Assembly: GCA_052390235.1 (NCBI GenBank) | Contig: JBQTHB010000005.1 | Span: 160,001-224,000, forward strand | Origin: Deltaproteobacteria bacterium | Lineage (GTDB): Bacteria; Desulfobacterota_D; UBA1144; Nemesobacterales; CSP1-2 | Length of the DNA: 64,000 nt | Direction of reading: 5' to 3' | Position numbers and translations under genes: made by a program | The notes under the pieces: generated by a model | Seen by the model: the letters and a program-made list of their open reading frames with translations, nothing else | Database searches by the model: none | What the model was told of the DNA's origin: nothing | Shown here: in pieces, positions 19,370 to 29,537 of the stretch | How positions within the stretch are numbered: the stretch's first letter is position 1 | How the letters are laid out: each line of letters starts with the position of its first letter

Positions 19370-20191
19370 ATGAATAAAAACCTTTCGGCTTCAGGAAATA
19401 TTCTCAAAGCGGCTTTGTTAATCGCTCTTGCGCTTTATCCCCAATTCGCCAATGCCATCACAAACTCAAACGACGTAAAAGACATCGGGGTTGACGAGAA
19501 GCTCGGCAGTTTTATCCCGCTGGATACGGAATTTCTTGACGAAGACGGCAAAACCGTAAAACTCGCAGATTTCTTTGAAGAGGACAAACCCGTGATACTC
19601 AGCCTCGTCTATTACGGATGCCCTAGGATTTGCACTTTCCTTCTGAACGGGGTCGCCGAGGCGGTAAACGGGCTGTCGTCCCTTTCCCTGGGGAAGGATT
19701 TTAAAATCCTCAGCCTGAGCTTTGATGTCGCCGACACCCCTGAACTTGCGCGGCAGAAAGCCGCAAATTACTACAGAGAGATGAAGGGCGAGCATTCCCC
19801 CAAGGGAAACTGGCGTTTTCTCACGGGCAACGAGGAGAACATCGCCAAACTGACCCAATCCGTAGGCTATAGATACAAAAAAGATGGAGAGGAATTCGCC
19901 CATCCGTCGGCTCTGGTGGTGCTGACACCAAAGGGGAAAATTTCGAGGTACCTTTACGGGCTTCAATACGAGCCCAAAGACATTAACCTCGCCCTGATTG
20001 AAGCGGCTAATGGAAAAATCGGCCCTTCGGAGCTTCTCAATAGGGTTATGCTGTTTTGCTATGAGTTTGATCCGGTGGGCAAGAAATATGCCCTTCAAGC
20101 CCTCAATGTCGTAAAAGCGGGCGGAGTGCTAACGCTTCTGGCATTGACCGGGTTCTTAACTTATTTCTGGAGAAGAGAGAAAAAAAGCTAG
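19370..20191 (+). CDS. SCO1/SenC copper chaperone
   Basis: YYGCPRIC (CxxxC), FAHPS, signal peptide and C-terminal TM; first gene of the cox operon. Confidence 0.9.
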   Translation: MNKNLSASGNILKAALLIALALYPQFANAITNSNDVKDIGVDEKLGSFIPLDTEFLDEDGKTVKLADFFEEDKPVILSLVYYGCPRICTFLLNGVAEAVNGLSSLSLGKDFKILSLSFDVADTPELARQKAANYYREMKGEHSPKGNWRFLTGNEENIAKLTQSVGYRYKKDGEEFAHPSALVVLTPKGKISRYLYGLQYEPKDINLALIEAANGKIGPSELLNRVMLFCYEFDPVGKKYALQALNVVKAGGVLTLLALTGFLTYFWRREKKS

Positions 20192-20208
20192 GGAGGTTAA
20201 AGGTAGAG

Positions 20209-21147
20209 ATGAACTGGCTTCCAGTACAGGCATCGGAATTTGCCGGACGAATTGATAGCGTTATATGGTTTGTAACAATAATCTCGCTAATATCCTTTGT
20301 TCTTGTAACTTTCGGTTTGGTTTACTTCGCTATAAAATATAGGCGCAGAAGCGAAAACGACGAGACGCCGGCTATAACGGGCAGTCATTTTCTTGAGACC
20401 CTTTGGACGGTGATACCCTCGATTTTGGTGATGATTGTTTTCGTCTATGGGCTCGTGATATTTCAAGAGATGAGAGTGCCGCCGAAAGAAGCCACCGACG
20501 TAAGCGTGATAGCAAAGCAGTGGCTATGGCAGTTTCAATATGATAATGGAAGAACAACCATAAACGAGCTTTACGTCCAGCAGAACAGACCCGTGAGAAT
20601 GGTTATGAGAACCGAAGACGTGCTTCACAGCTTCTACGTCCCGGCTTTCAGAGTAAAGCAAGACCTCGTTGGAGGGATGTACACACAGCTTTGGTTCACA
20701 CCCACAAAAGTCGGAATTTACGATATGTACTGCGCCGAGTACTGCGGCACGGGGCATTCAACGATGCTAGCCAAAGTAGTGGTGATGAGCCCCGAGGCGT
20801 TTGAGAGATGGGATAAAGGCGAAGAAGCCGTCGAGGGACAGCTCGTGGCGGACGTCCCCCCAGAGCAATTAGGAGAGAAACTCTACACAAACCGTGGATG
20901 CAACGCCTGCCACAGCATTGACGGCAGCGTCGGCGTCGGTCCATCTTTGAAGGGGCTATTCGGCAAAACCGAGACCATGGTGGACGACGAGCAAATGGCG
21001 GTTGACGAAAATTATCTGAACCAGTCAATACTCGAGCCTCAGGCAAAGATGGTAAAGGGGTTTGCCCCCGTAATGCCTTCGTTTAAAGGAATATTAAGCG
21101 ATAAAGAAGTAGCCGGGCTTATTGCTTATATAAAAACTCTGAAATAA
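20209..21147 (+). CDS. coxB: Cytochrome c oxidase subunit II with fused cytochrome c (caa3 type)
   Basis: DVLHSF and CAEYCGTGHSTM CuA ligands; C-terminal CNACH heme motif. Confidence 0.95.
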   Translation: MNWLPVQASEFAGRIDSVIWFVTIISLISFVLVTFGLVYFAIKYRRRSENDETPAITGSHFLETLWTVIPSILVMIVFVYGLVIFQEMRVPPKEATDVSVIAKQWLWQFQYDNGRTTINELYVQQNRPVRMVMRTEDVLHSFYVPAFRVKQDLVGGMYTQLWFTPTKVGIYDMYCAEYCGTGHSTMLAKVVVMSPEAFERWDKGEEAVEGQLVADVPPEQLGEKLYTNRGCNACHSIDGSVGVGPSLKGLFGKTETMVDDEQMAVDENYLNQSILEPQAKMVKGFAPVMPSFKGILSDKEVAGLIAYIKTLK

Positions 21148-21175
21148 GTTTTCCAGCTTAGGGAGGGACTTTGTC

Positions 21176-22774
21176 ATGGCACATTCAGTTGCCGAAACCG
21201 CGTATGTTCCGTTTCTGGAGAAAAGGGGAATTGCCTCATGGCTCCTTACGACTGACCACAAGCGGATAGGAATCATGTACCTTACTTCGATAACGCTGTT
21301 TTTTATCCTAGCCGGCATTTCAGCCATTTTAATGCGGCTTGAGCTATTAGCGCCGGGCAAAACGATTGTTGACGCCCACACCTATAACGTGCTTTTCACA
21401 TTTCACGGGACGGTAATGGTTTTCTTCTTCATTGTTCCGGGTCTTGCGGCGAGTTTTGGAAACTTCCTGCTTCCGCTTATGATAGGGGCGCCGGACGTGG
21501 CTTTTCCAAGGCTCAATTTGCTGAGCTACTGGCTATACCTCGCGGGAACGGCGATTCTCTTGGTCTCTTTGTTGACCCCTGCTGATACGGGCTGGACTTT
21601 TTACACCCCATACAGTATTCAAACCGGCGCTAAGATAATTACGCTTACCTCGGGCATATTCGTCCTCGGATTTTCCTCAATTCTCACGGGACTGAACTTC
21701 ATCGTTACAATTCACAAGATGAGAGCGCCTGGGATGACGTGGCACCGGCTTAATTTATTCATCTGGTCGGTTTATGCCACGGCGATTTTGCAGCTCCTCG
21801 CCACTCCGGTTGTGGGAATCACCCTGCTTCTGCTCATCATGGAGAGGGTTTTCGGCATTGGATTCTTCGACCCGGCTAAGGGCGGAGACCCCGTGCTATT
21901 CCAAAACTTCTTCTGGTTCTACTCGCACCCGGCGGTTTATATCATGATTATCCCGGCTTTCGGAGTCGTGGGAGATGTGCTTCCAGTGTTTTCGCGAAAG
22001 CCCATATTCGGCTACAAGGCTATCGCTTATTCGAGCCTCGCCATCGCGCTTATCAGCTTTTTCGTGTGGGCGCATCATATGTTCACAAGCGGCATCTCGG
22101 AAGTGGCGGCAACGATTTTCTCATTCCTCACGTTCCTCGTCGCAATCCCTACGGCTATTAAAGTGTTCAACTGGACGGCAACCCTCTACAGAGGCTCGAT
22201 TCACCTGCACTCGGCTATGCTATATTCGCTGTCGCTTATATTTCTGTTCACCATCGGCGGACTCACTGGGGTGTTCCTCGGAGCGCTCGCCGTGGACGTT
22301 CACCTGCACGACACCTATTTTGTCGTAGCCCATATGCACTACGTCATGATAGGCGGAACGGTTATGGGATTTCTCTCGGCGCTTCATTTCTGGTATCCAA
22401 AGATGTTCGGCAAGATGTTCAACGAAAGAGTCGCCGTCATTGGCTGGTTTTTCATCTTCGTGGGATTCAATGTTACGTTCTTCCCGCAGTTTATCCTCGG
22501 CACCTTGGGTATGCCTCGGCGCTATGCCGACTATCCGGCTGAATTTGAATCGCTCCACGCGCTCTCGACTTACGGCTCGTGGATTCTGCTGATTGGACTC
22601 GTAATCATGTTTGTCAACCTCATCAAAGGGCTATTCAGCGCAGAGAGGGCGACGGATAACCCATATAACTCCGTGTCGCTGGAGTGGCAGGTGCCGTCTC
22701 CGCCTCCGGTCGAGAATTTCGAGAAAATACCCCAGGTTACGAACTATCCTTACACTTACGGCAAGAAGCTATAA
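21176..22774 (+). CDS. coxA: Cytochrome c oxidase subunit I (A2 type)
   Basis: DHKRIG, FHG, FWFYSHPAVY (YS motif), WAHHM, HDTYFVVAHMHY, GMPRRY. Confidence 0.96.
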   Translation: MAHSVAETAYVPFLEKRGIASWLLTTDHKRIGIMYLTSITLFFILAGISAILMRLELLAPGKTIVDAHTYNVLFTFHGTVMVFFFIVPGLAASFGNFLLPLMIGAPDVAFPRLNLLSYWLYLAGTAILLVSLLTPADTGWTFYTPYSIQTGAKIITLTSGIFVLGFSSILTGLNFIVTIHKMRAPGMTWHRLNLFIWSVYATAILQLLATPVVGITLLLLIMERVFGIGFFDPAKGGDPVLFQNFFWFYSHPAVYIMIIPAFGVVGDVLPVFSRKPIFGYKAIAYSSLAIALISFFVWAHHMFTSGISEVAATIFSFLTFLVAIPTAIKVFNWTATLYRGSIHLHSAMLYSLSLIFLFTIGGLTGVFLGALAVDVHLHDTYFVVAHMHYVMIGGTVMGFLSALHFWYPKMFGKMFNERVAVIGWFFIFVGFNVTFFPQFILGTLGMPRRYADYPAEFESLHALSTYGSWILLIGLVIMFVNLIKGLFSAERATDNPYNSVSLEWQVPSPPPVENFEKIPQVTNYPYTYGKKL

Positions 22775-22791
22775 AGGAGGGTTAAAATTCA

Positions 22792-23397
22792 ATGTCAGAA
22801 TCAGCAGTGGGACACGGTCATGTTCATCAAATGGACCCGAAGGTTGAGTACGACATATCCAAATTTGGGATGTGGCTCTTCCTTGGGACGGAAATCTTGC
22901 TCTTCGGAGGGCTTTTTGCCGCTTACGCCATTTTCCGCGCCATGTATCCAGAGATGTTTAGCGAACAACACAAGGAGCTAAACGTAACGCTCGGTGCTAT
23001 AAACACCGTAGTGCTTATATTTAGCAGTATGACAATGGCTATAGGCGTGTCGGCGATTAAAAAGGGCAATCGCAACCTCCTAACCTTGATGCTCATCATA
23101 ACCATCATCTGCGGCATTGCCTTCGGTGTTAATAAGTACTTTGAATATGGGGCTAAATTCGACCACCATATAACGCCGGGAACGAGCATATTTTTCGCCA
23201 TCTACTTCATGATGACAGGGCTTCACATGATTCACGTCTTTATAGGTATAGCTTTTCTCAGCACGCTTCTAGTGTTCAACCTCCAGGGCAAGTACTCGGC
23301 TAAGCACAACACCCCGATTGAAATAGGCGGGCTTTACTGGCACTTGGTTGACCTTATTTGGATATATCTATTCCCACTGCTTTATTTAATATCATAG
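22792..23397 (+). CDS. coxC: Cytochrome c oxidase subunit III
   Basis: GMWLFLGTEILLFGGLF, TGLHMIHV, GLYWHLVDLIWIYLFPLLY. Confidence 0.94.
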   Translation: MSESAVGHGHVHQMDPKVEYDISKFGMWLFLGTEILLFGGLFAAYAIFRAMYPEMFSEQHKELNVTLGAINTVVLIFSSMTMAIGVSAIKKGNRNLLTLMLIITIICGIAFGVNKYFEYGAKFDHHITPGTSIFFAIYFMMTGLHMIHVFIGIAFLSTLLVFNLQGKYSAKHNTPIEIGGLYWHLVDLIWIYLFPLLYLIS

Positions 23398-23414
23398 ATG
23401 GAGGCCCATCAATT

Positions 23415-23780
23415 ATGGCGCAACATAAAAAAAACCACTCTCACGGCGGCGCGAAAGGGCAGAGCCACTCCCATACACACGATGAGAATCACGGCGAAGA
23501 ACACCATATAACCGGAAACAGCGTCTATATAGGCGTTTGGATAGCGCTTATGATATTAACCGCGCTTACGGTATGGGTAGCGGGATTCGACTTCGGAGCG
23601 TTTAACGTCGTAGTCGCCCTTGCAATAGCTTCGTTGAAGGCAACAGTAGTGGCTCTGTATTTCATGCACCTTAAATATGAAGACAAGCTCACGTGGGCTT
23701 TTGCCATTTATCCCCTGTTTCTAGTGATGCTCCTGATAGGGCTTACGGCAACCGACGTGTTCTACAGGGTAACGCCTTAA
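23415..23780 (+). CDS. coxD: Cytochrome c oxidase subunit IV (caa3 type), His-rich N-terminus
   Basis: KATVVALYFMHLKYE; three TMs; ATG 23415 after GGAGG. Confidence 0.88.
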   Translation: MAQHKKNHSHGGAKGQSHSHTHDENHGEEHHITGNSVYIGVWIALMILTALTVWVAGFDFGAFNVVVALAIASLKATVVALYFMHLKYEDKLTWAFAIYPLFLVMLLIGLTATDVFYRVTP

Positions 23781-23787
23781 GGGTATT

Positions 23788-24642
23788 ATGCTAGGAATAA
23801 TTACAGTCTCGGTTTTTTTTGCGATTCTCGTGTGGGGAAATCTCGTTTCGGGTCTAGGGGTTGGGCTTGCGTGTCCCGATTGGCCCCTCTGCCATGGTCA
23901 GGTGATACCCCCATTCGAGTTCGGTATTTTAATGGAGTGGACTCACAGAAACCTCGCCCTCTTGGGTTCGATTCTCCTTCTGGCGCTCGCCTATAAGCGG
24001 ATTCGCGCATACGCCGGCGCGGCAAAACTGATTCCCGTAGCCGCGTTATTTCTCCTAATATTTCAGATAGTTCTAGGCGGTATGGTGGTTCTCCTCGAGC
24101 TTCCGGTTGACATTACCACGGTTCACTTCGGCAACGCCATAGTGATTTTCGGCTTAATTCTCTACATGGCGTTTTTCGATGGAACGAGGCAAAAGCCCGC
24201 GTTCTCGGTGTCAAAGCAGTCGGGGATTTTCTTTGTTTTCTCGCTCGCGGTGTTCATCCAAGCCATTTTGGGAGCTTACGTGAGGCACTCGGACTCTGGG
24301 CTTGCCTGTCCCGATTTCCCTAAGTGTCTGGGGTTTTGGATTCCGCCTGAGCTTTCGGGAACGGTTCTGACCCACTTCTCTCACCGCACTCTGGGGTATC
24401 TGATTTTTATATTCTCTGTCCTGCTCTACGTTCTATCGTATTCAAATTCAAGGCTCGCGGCAAAACGGTCAAAGATTGCGGCAATTATCGCGCTCATAAT
24501 ATTTCAAATCATCCTCGGCGCGGGGGTTGTGGCATCAAAGCTCCACTACTCCGCCGTGGCGATACATCTGGCAGTCGCCCTTCTTATACTTTCGACCGCC
24601 CTCTACGCATGGTTTCAGAATATGAACGAAACCCGTGTATAA
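23788..24642 (+). CDS. ctaA: Heme A synthase (COX15/CtaA)
   Basis: GLACPDWPLCHG, EWTHR, second GLACPDFPKC repeat, conserved His residues. Confidence 0.92.
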   Translation: MLGIITVSVFFAILVWGNLVSGLGVGLACPDWPLCHGQVIPPFEFGILMEWTHRNLALLGSILLLALAYKRIRAYAGAAKLIPVAALFLLIFQIVLGGMVVLLELPVDITTVHFGNAIVIFGLILYMAFFDGTRQKPAFSVSKQSGIFFVFSLAVFIQAILGAYVRHSDSGLACPDFPKCLGFWIPPELSGTVLTHFSHRTLGYLIFIFSVLLYVLSYSNSRLAAKRSKIAAIIALIIFQIILGAGVVASKLHYSAVAIHLAVALLILSTALYAWFQNMNETRV

Positions 24643-24682
24643 TCTCTGTACAAATCCCCCGGCGGCGCGGACGATTTAATAT

Positions 24683-25573
24683 ATGCAACTGAGAAGCAGC
24701 GAAACCCCCTCGATTTTATCCTCGGCGATAGTGCTTTTAAAGCCGAGAATCATCATGAGTGTGGCGTTTACGGGATTCGCCGGAATGGTTCTCGCCTACC
24801 GAGGCATCCCCCCGGCTGATATTACTTTTCTAGCCCTATCGTCCCTTCTCATGAGCGCGGCTGGGGCGGCGGTTTTCAATAACATTCTCGACCGCGAGAT
24901 GGACGTCCTGATGGACAGGCTCAACAACAGAGTCGTCGCCCTTCGCAGAATCGGGGAGAGAGTCTCGGTAATCATGGCTTCCGTGCTGATAATAGTGTCG
25001 CTGTCTATTTCGTTTAAGTACCTGAACCTGACAAACGCCCTTTTAATCATCGCCGCAATTCTGAGCTACGCCGTCCTCTACACGCTCTATTTGAAGCGAA
25101 GCTCCCCGTACGGCACAATCCCCGGCGGGCTTCCCGGGGCGCTTCCCGTCCTCATCGGATACTCGGCGATTAAGCCCAACATCGGGATTGACGGCGTGAT
25201 TTTATTCCTCTTCATGATGCTCTGGCAGCCCCCTCATTTCTGGGCTTTGGCTCAGAAGTACAGAGACGACTACAAACGAGCGGGCGTTCCCGTGATGCCC
25301 GTCGCGCTCGGCGTGAAATACACCAATATTTTGATACTCATCTACTCGATTTCGCTATTTCCGCTTTCGCTGTCGCTTTGGTTCTACGGGTACTGCTCGT
25401 CCTATTACGCAATTGTAGCGATTTTATTCGGCACTCATTTTCAGTACGTCATGATACGTAGCGCGGTCAAAAACTCGGAATACGGCAGGGCGTTTGGCAT
25501 ATCCATTCTCTATATGCTGGTGATAATGACCTCTCTTATAATTGACATCTCAATTGCCGAGCCGCGTCTTTAA
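24683..25573 (+). CDS. ctaB: Protoheme IX farnesyltransferase (heme O synthase)
   Basis: LLKPRI, FNNILDREMDVLM, YTLYLKR, GGLPGALP, WQPPHFWALA..Y..DY. Confidence 0.93.
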   Translation: MQLRSSETPSILSSAIVLLKPRIIMSVAFTGFAGMVLAYRGIPPADITFLALSSLLMSAAGAAVFNNILDREMDVLMDRLNNRVVALRRIGERVSVIMASVLIIVSLSISFKYLNLTNALLIIAAILSYAVLYTLYLKRSSPYGTIPGGLPGALPVLIGYSAIKPNIGIDGVILFLFMMLWQPPHFWALAQKYRDDYKRAGVPVMPVALGVKYTNILILIYSISLFPLSLSLWFYGYCSSYYAIVAILFGTHFQYVMIRSAVKNSEYGRAFGISILYMLVIMTSLIIDISIAEPRL

Positions 25574-25644
25574 TATTCTTGAAAGCGCGTCCAAATTAAG
25601 GCATATTGACATCTCTTAGAATTCACACAAAACAGCGAGATTCA

Positions 25645-26355
25645 ATGCTAAATCACCGCAAGAGAGCCGTATTTTTCGACTTCGGCGACACGCTCGCCTC
25701 GACCACTCCGCCCTACATCGCGAGAATTGGGGCGGCGCTCAGAGAGGCCGGGTACCCCGTAGCGCACAGAGAATTTGAATCAGCCTACCTCAGAGCCGAC
25801 TACAAAATATACGAGAGATATAAATCCAAGGGTCAGGTTTCGCCGCTTGAATACGGGGAGTGGTTCTTTCCCATCCTCTGCGAGATTCTCCGCCTAGAGG
25901 CAGAGCCGTCGGCAATCAGGAGAGACATAAGAGAGGTTCTGAGAGGGAAAACATTTGGCAGGGAAACTCTCAAAGGGGCCATTGAGCTTCTCGAGCATCT
26001 CAAGGGCAGTGGGTTTAGGCTCGGCATAATTTCCAATAACGATGGCAGAACCCACGAAAAATGCGACGAAGTAGAGATTAGAAAATATTTCGACGTCATC
26101 CTAGACTCAACCAACGTTGGGCTAACCAAACCTGATGCCCGAATATTTCAATATGCGCTCGATAAATTAAATCTCGCCGCAGATGATGCCGTACACGTGG
26201 GGGATTTATACGGCTCGGACGCGATGGGCGGGCGAAATGCGGGACTCGAAGTTATATGGCTCAACGCAAGAGGGGTTCAGCCACTCGACCACGCGCCGGT
26301 TATCGAGGTTGGATGCCTGCTGGAGATAAAAACCCTGCTCGGCTCTGGGGGATAG
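25645..26355 (+). CDS. HAD-family hydrolase (subfamily IA)
   Basis: FFDFGDTL, GIISN, KPDARIF, HVGD...D motifs. Confidence 0.85.
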   Translation: MLNHRKRAVFFDFGDTLASTTPPYIARIGAALREAGYPVAHREFESAYLRADYKIYERYKSKGQVSPLEYGEWFFPILCEILRLEAEPSAIRRDIREVLRGKTFGRETLKGAIELLEHLKGSGFRLGIISNNDGRTHEKCDEVEIRKYFDVILDSTNVGLTKPDARIFQYALDKLNLAADDAVHVGDLYGSDAMGGRNAGLEVIWLNARGVQPLDHAPVIEVGCLLEIKTLLGSGG

Positions 26356-26413
26356 GGGCTAGAGGGATTCGTCAGTCATTGACGCCGCCGCCGAAGAGTT
26401 GCCTGCGGCTTGG

Positions 26414-27472
26414 TTAATTGGATTCAATGACCCCTGTCTCAGGATTGTAGGCGTAGATCCCTCCGAGCGGGTGATAGGCGGGAAAATCTCCAGTGGTCTC
26501 GGACTCTATGAACCTGCGAAGCTCATCCCAATCCACGGGGAACCTCTTGTTGCCGAGCTTAAACCTGCGGCTCTTGGCGTTTAGAAACGTTAAATCGGCT
26601 TTAATTTGCCTCTCAGCCAAGGTGGAGCTTTTAACCGCCGGTAGGGTCTCCGCGATAATAAACCGCCCGCCCAGAATTTCTTTGGGAATTTTATCAATAA
26701 AGCCCGCCCCCTTCAGCGCTTCAATGTCCGAGGGAGTGGCGCCGTAGGTTTTAATGTACTTCGCCAACGCCCCGGTTAGCCGGTCTTCATCGTCCATCAC
26801 GGCGAGCTCTTTAAGCCTCTCAAGGGCGAAAAGACGCCGCCCCTCGCTTTGAGTGTTCTCGTAAATCTCCCCCCAGAGCCTTCTGGACACCTCTCTGCTC
26901 CCCGTCTTCGAGTGCGCCGAAGCCGCCATGCCTTTAAGTGAAGCGCGGCGAAAATCCGAGAGTCCTGGCTTTTTTGAGGCTTCGTCGAAGAGGTCTGCGG
27001 CTCTGTCGTAGTTTTTGGCATAGAGATAATAAATAAATGCCTCCTCGAACGGCAGGCGGAAATTATCGGGGTTGTTGGCTCTGCCCTTATCGAAGAGCGC
27101 GACGCCTCGCTCTATATCCCCTAGCCCTATTGGAGGAGGCTCGGCAAGGAAAGTGCCTCCGTACCTGTAGGCGTTTGTAAACTGCGGGTCAAGGTCGGTG
27201 ATAATGTCGAAATAGTGATAGAGAAGCTCCGGGTTTTTATTTACGACATCATCTCCTCCGAAATACTGGAGAGACCGAAGCCAATAAATATCGGCGACCA
27301 GTTCCGTGTAACCGAGGGAGAGGGTTTTAAGGGTCGAAGAAGATAGGTATAGCGTCCCTTCGATGGATCTAAATTTTCCACGCATATCATCTATTACCCG
27401 CTGAAAGGGAAGCGAAGCCGAAATTAGGGCTAATACGAAAATCAAGCCTGCTATAGTGGTTTTCGAGGGCAT
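26414..27472 (-). CDS. Membrane-anchored TPR-like pilus accessory protein (Myxococcus PilG / Geobacter XapA-like)
   Basis: N-terminal TM; LVADIYWLRSLQYFG and TDLDPQF..AY motifs, helical repeats; downstream of pilins and the ABC pair. Confidence 0.65.
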   Translation of the reverse strand: MPSKTTIAGLIFVLALISASLPFQRVIDDMRGKFRSIEGTLYLSSSTLKTLSLGYTELVADIYWLRSLQYFGGDDVVNKNPELLYHYFDIITDLDPQFTNAYRYGGTFLAEPPPIGLGDIERGVALFDKGRANNPDNFRLPFEEAFIYYLYAKNYDRAADLFDEASKKPGLSDFRRASLKGMAASAHSKTGSREVSRRLWGEIYENTQSEGRRLFALERLKELAVMDDEDRLTGALAKYIKTYGATPSDIEALKGAGFIDKIPKEILGGRFIIAETLPAVKSSTLAERQIKADLTFLNAKSRRFKLGNKRFPVDWDELRRFIESETTGDFPAYHPLGGIYAYNPETGVIESN

Positions 27473-27480
27473 TATGGGGC

Positions 27481-28284
27481 CTACTTAAACTCTCTTTTCG
27501 CAAAAATTACCATCGAGAGAACCAATAGAGCGGCGGCATACAGAAGGGCATATAGAGTCGTATAAATTAGAAGCTCCGCGCTCAGGTCCCCGCCATAGAC
27601 GGCTTCGCGGCGCACGTCGAATTTCTCCAGATTCGGGATAACCCTGTAGAGAACCTCCGCCATCACTCCGGTAGCGGGGGTTTTTATCTCCTCGGCAAAG
27701 AGCTTTATATCGCTGGAGAACCGCCCAATGATAAAGAGAAGTGAGGTAAAAAGCAGGCTCAGCACGGGCGTGGTGAAGCTCGAGAAGACGAGGGCAACGC
27801 CGATAACGACGAGAAATTCGAGATATTCAAAGTAAATCGCCTTGAAGAACTCAGCGAAATGGCTTCCGCCGTAGTAGGCTCTGATGAAATTGCCGTGAGT
27901 CAACTCGGTGTAGTACACAATCGCCGTGAGTATCAGCCCCATAGCGGCAGTCATCAAAAAGAGCGTTGCGGCAAGCCCCAAGTATTTGCCGGCGACAAAT
28001 TCGTATCTCTCTATCGGCTTTGAGAATATGTTATAAACCGTTTTTTTCTCGATTTCCTTATAGACAAGCCCAGTGCCGAGGAATATGGACAGCGCAACGC
28101 CGATGAGCGATATTGCCGTGAGTCCCAGGTCTTTTACGATTTTATTGTACTGCTCGCCGGAGATGCCCGCAAACACTATGGAACTTAGAATCATTAGGGC
28201 GGCAAAGAGGACTAGGCTGTAGAGGACTCTGTCCCGTTTCGCCTCGATAAATGTATTATAGGCAACGCTGATTATTCTTTTCAT
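27481..28284 (-). CDS. ABC-2 type permease (PilI/XapB-like)
   Basis: AYNTFIEAKRDRVLY, KEIEKKTVYNIFSKP, GKYLG, C-terminal FAKREF; six TMs. Alternative start 28299. Confidence 0.85.
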   Translation of the reverse strand: MKRIISVAYNTFIEAKRDRVLYSLVLFAALMILSSIVFAGISGEQYNKIVKDLGLTAISLIGVALSIFLGTGLVYKEIEKKTVYNIFSKPIERYEFVAGKYLGLAATLFLMTAAMGLILTAIVYYTELTHGNFIRAYYGGSHFAEFFKAIYFEYLEFLVVIGVALVFSSFTTPVLSLLFTSLLFIIGRFSSDIKLFAEEIKTPATGVMAEVLYRVIPNLEKFDVRREAVYGGDLSAELLIYTTLYALLYAAALLVLSMVIFAKREFK

Positions 28285-28349
28285 ATTTCTCGACTCCATT
28301 AGCGCTTTGCTCGTCCGATACGCTATTGACGATTCAGAGATTTAAACGC

Positions 28350-28411
28350 GTCATGCCCGTAAAATGGGAATCCAGCAACTAGATGCCCCGATAGCGGCAT
28401 TGGGGGATGAC
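28350..28411. repeat. Degenerate REP-like palindromic element
   Basis: GTCATGCCC...GGGAATCCAG-caa-CTAGATGCCCC...GGGGATGAC: near-terminal inverted repeat with internal palindrome, between the ABC ATPase and permease genes. Confidence 0.45.
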
Positions 28412-28455
28412 AGACTCCCGGCAACAGTCCCCGCCAATATGAAAAAAGCCCGCGC

Positions 28456-29388
28456 TTACGACTCCCGAATTTCGGCGACCTTCTTGCTCTCTTCGATGAA
28501 AAGCCCCTCGAGCGATTTCCTCAGCGGATATAGCGAAACCATATCTGCGCCGGAGCGGGAGACCTCCCCCAGCACGGCGGATTTTATATCCTCATCGAAT
28601 CTGATAACCAAAAACCCCGCCCTCTTCTCCCATTCGATTTTATGACCGCCGAATTTTGCCAATATCCCCTCGTACTCGCCCTTGAGGAGCATCTCGTAGT
28701 CCGTGTGAATCCCCTCGAAAAGCTCCCGAAGCTCCCCGGTTTTCACCATCCGCCCCCCAAGCACGACCCCTACCCTGTCGCAGAGCGCTTCCACATCCGA
28801 GAGAATATGAGAACTCAAGAGAATTGTCTTGCCCCTAGCTTTCTCCTCCAGAATCAACTCCCGGATTTCCCTCTGCCCTATGGGGTCAAGCCCCGTCATC
28901 GGCTCGTCGAGGATGAGAAACTCAGGGTCGTTTATCAGAGCCTGAGCTACTCCCACGCGCTGAAGCATCCCCTTTGAGTACTTTCTCAGTTGAACGCCCC
29001 TGGCGTGGGTCATTTTCACCTTCTCAAGAAGCTCGTCAATCCTCGCCGAGAGGGATTTGCCCCCCAGCCCATGAAGCTCGCCCATGTATCGCAGGAGTTC
29101 GTCTCCGGTGAGATATTCGTAAAAATAGGGATTTTCCGGCAGATAACCAATTCGGCTTTTCACGCCGACGTCCCCAAGAGGCTTTCCCATAACCTCCACG
29201 CTTCCGCTCGTGGGGGAGACGAATCCGAGTATGGTTTTAAATGTGGTGGTTTTGCCCGCCCCGTTGGGACCAACAAAGCCGAAAATCTCCCTCTCTTTGA
29301 CCGAGAAGGTTATCCCCTTGAGGATGCGCACTTTTCTCCCTAAAAAACCTGTGGCGTAGTCCTTAACGAGGTTGTCAACTTTTAACAT
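28456..29388 (-). CDS. ABC transporter ATPase (PilH/XapD-like)
   Basis: Walker A GPNGAGKTT, YSKGM signature variant, LILDEP, SSH. Confidence 0.92.
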   Translation of the reverse strand: MLKVDNLVKDYATGFLGRKVRILKGITFSVKEREIFGFVGPNGAGKTTTFKTILGFVSPTSGSVEVMGKPLGDVGVKSRIGYLPENPYFYEYLTGDELLRYMGELHGLGGKSLSARIDELLEKVKMTHARGVQLRKYSKGMLQRVGVAQALINDPEFLILDEPMTGLDPIGQREIRELILEEKARGKTILLSSHILSDVEALCDRVGVVLGGRMVKTGELRELFEGIHTDYEMLLKGEYEGILAKFGGHKIEWEKRAGFLVIRFDEDIKSAVLGEVSRSGADMVSLYPLRKSLEGLFIEESKKVAEIRES

Positions 29389-29537
29389 GGCGCGGGCAAT
29401 AGTGTATTAAAATTGAAAAGAAACTCAAGCGCGAGGCACTAGTAGCAACTGAAGACTTGCATCAGGAACGGGCAGAGCCGTTTTCCATCGGAAAGCCTGG
29501 CAGCGATTTTATGCCTGCTGGGGTCAATTCGTTAGCG

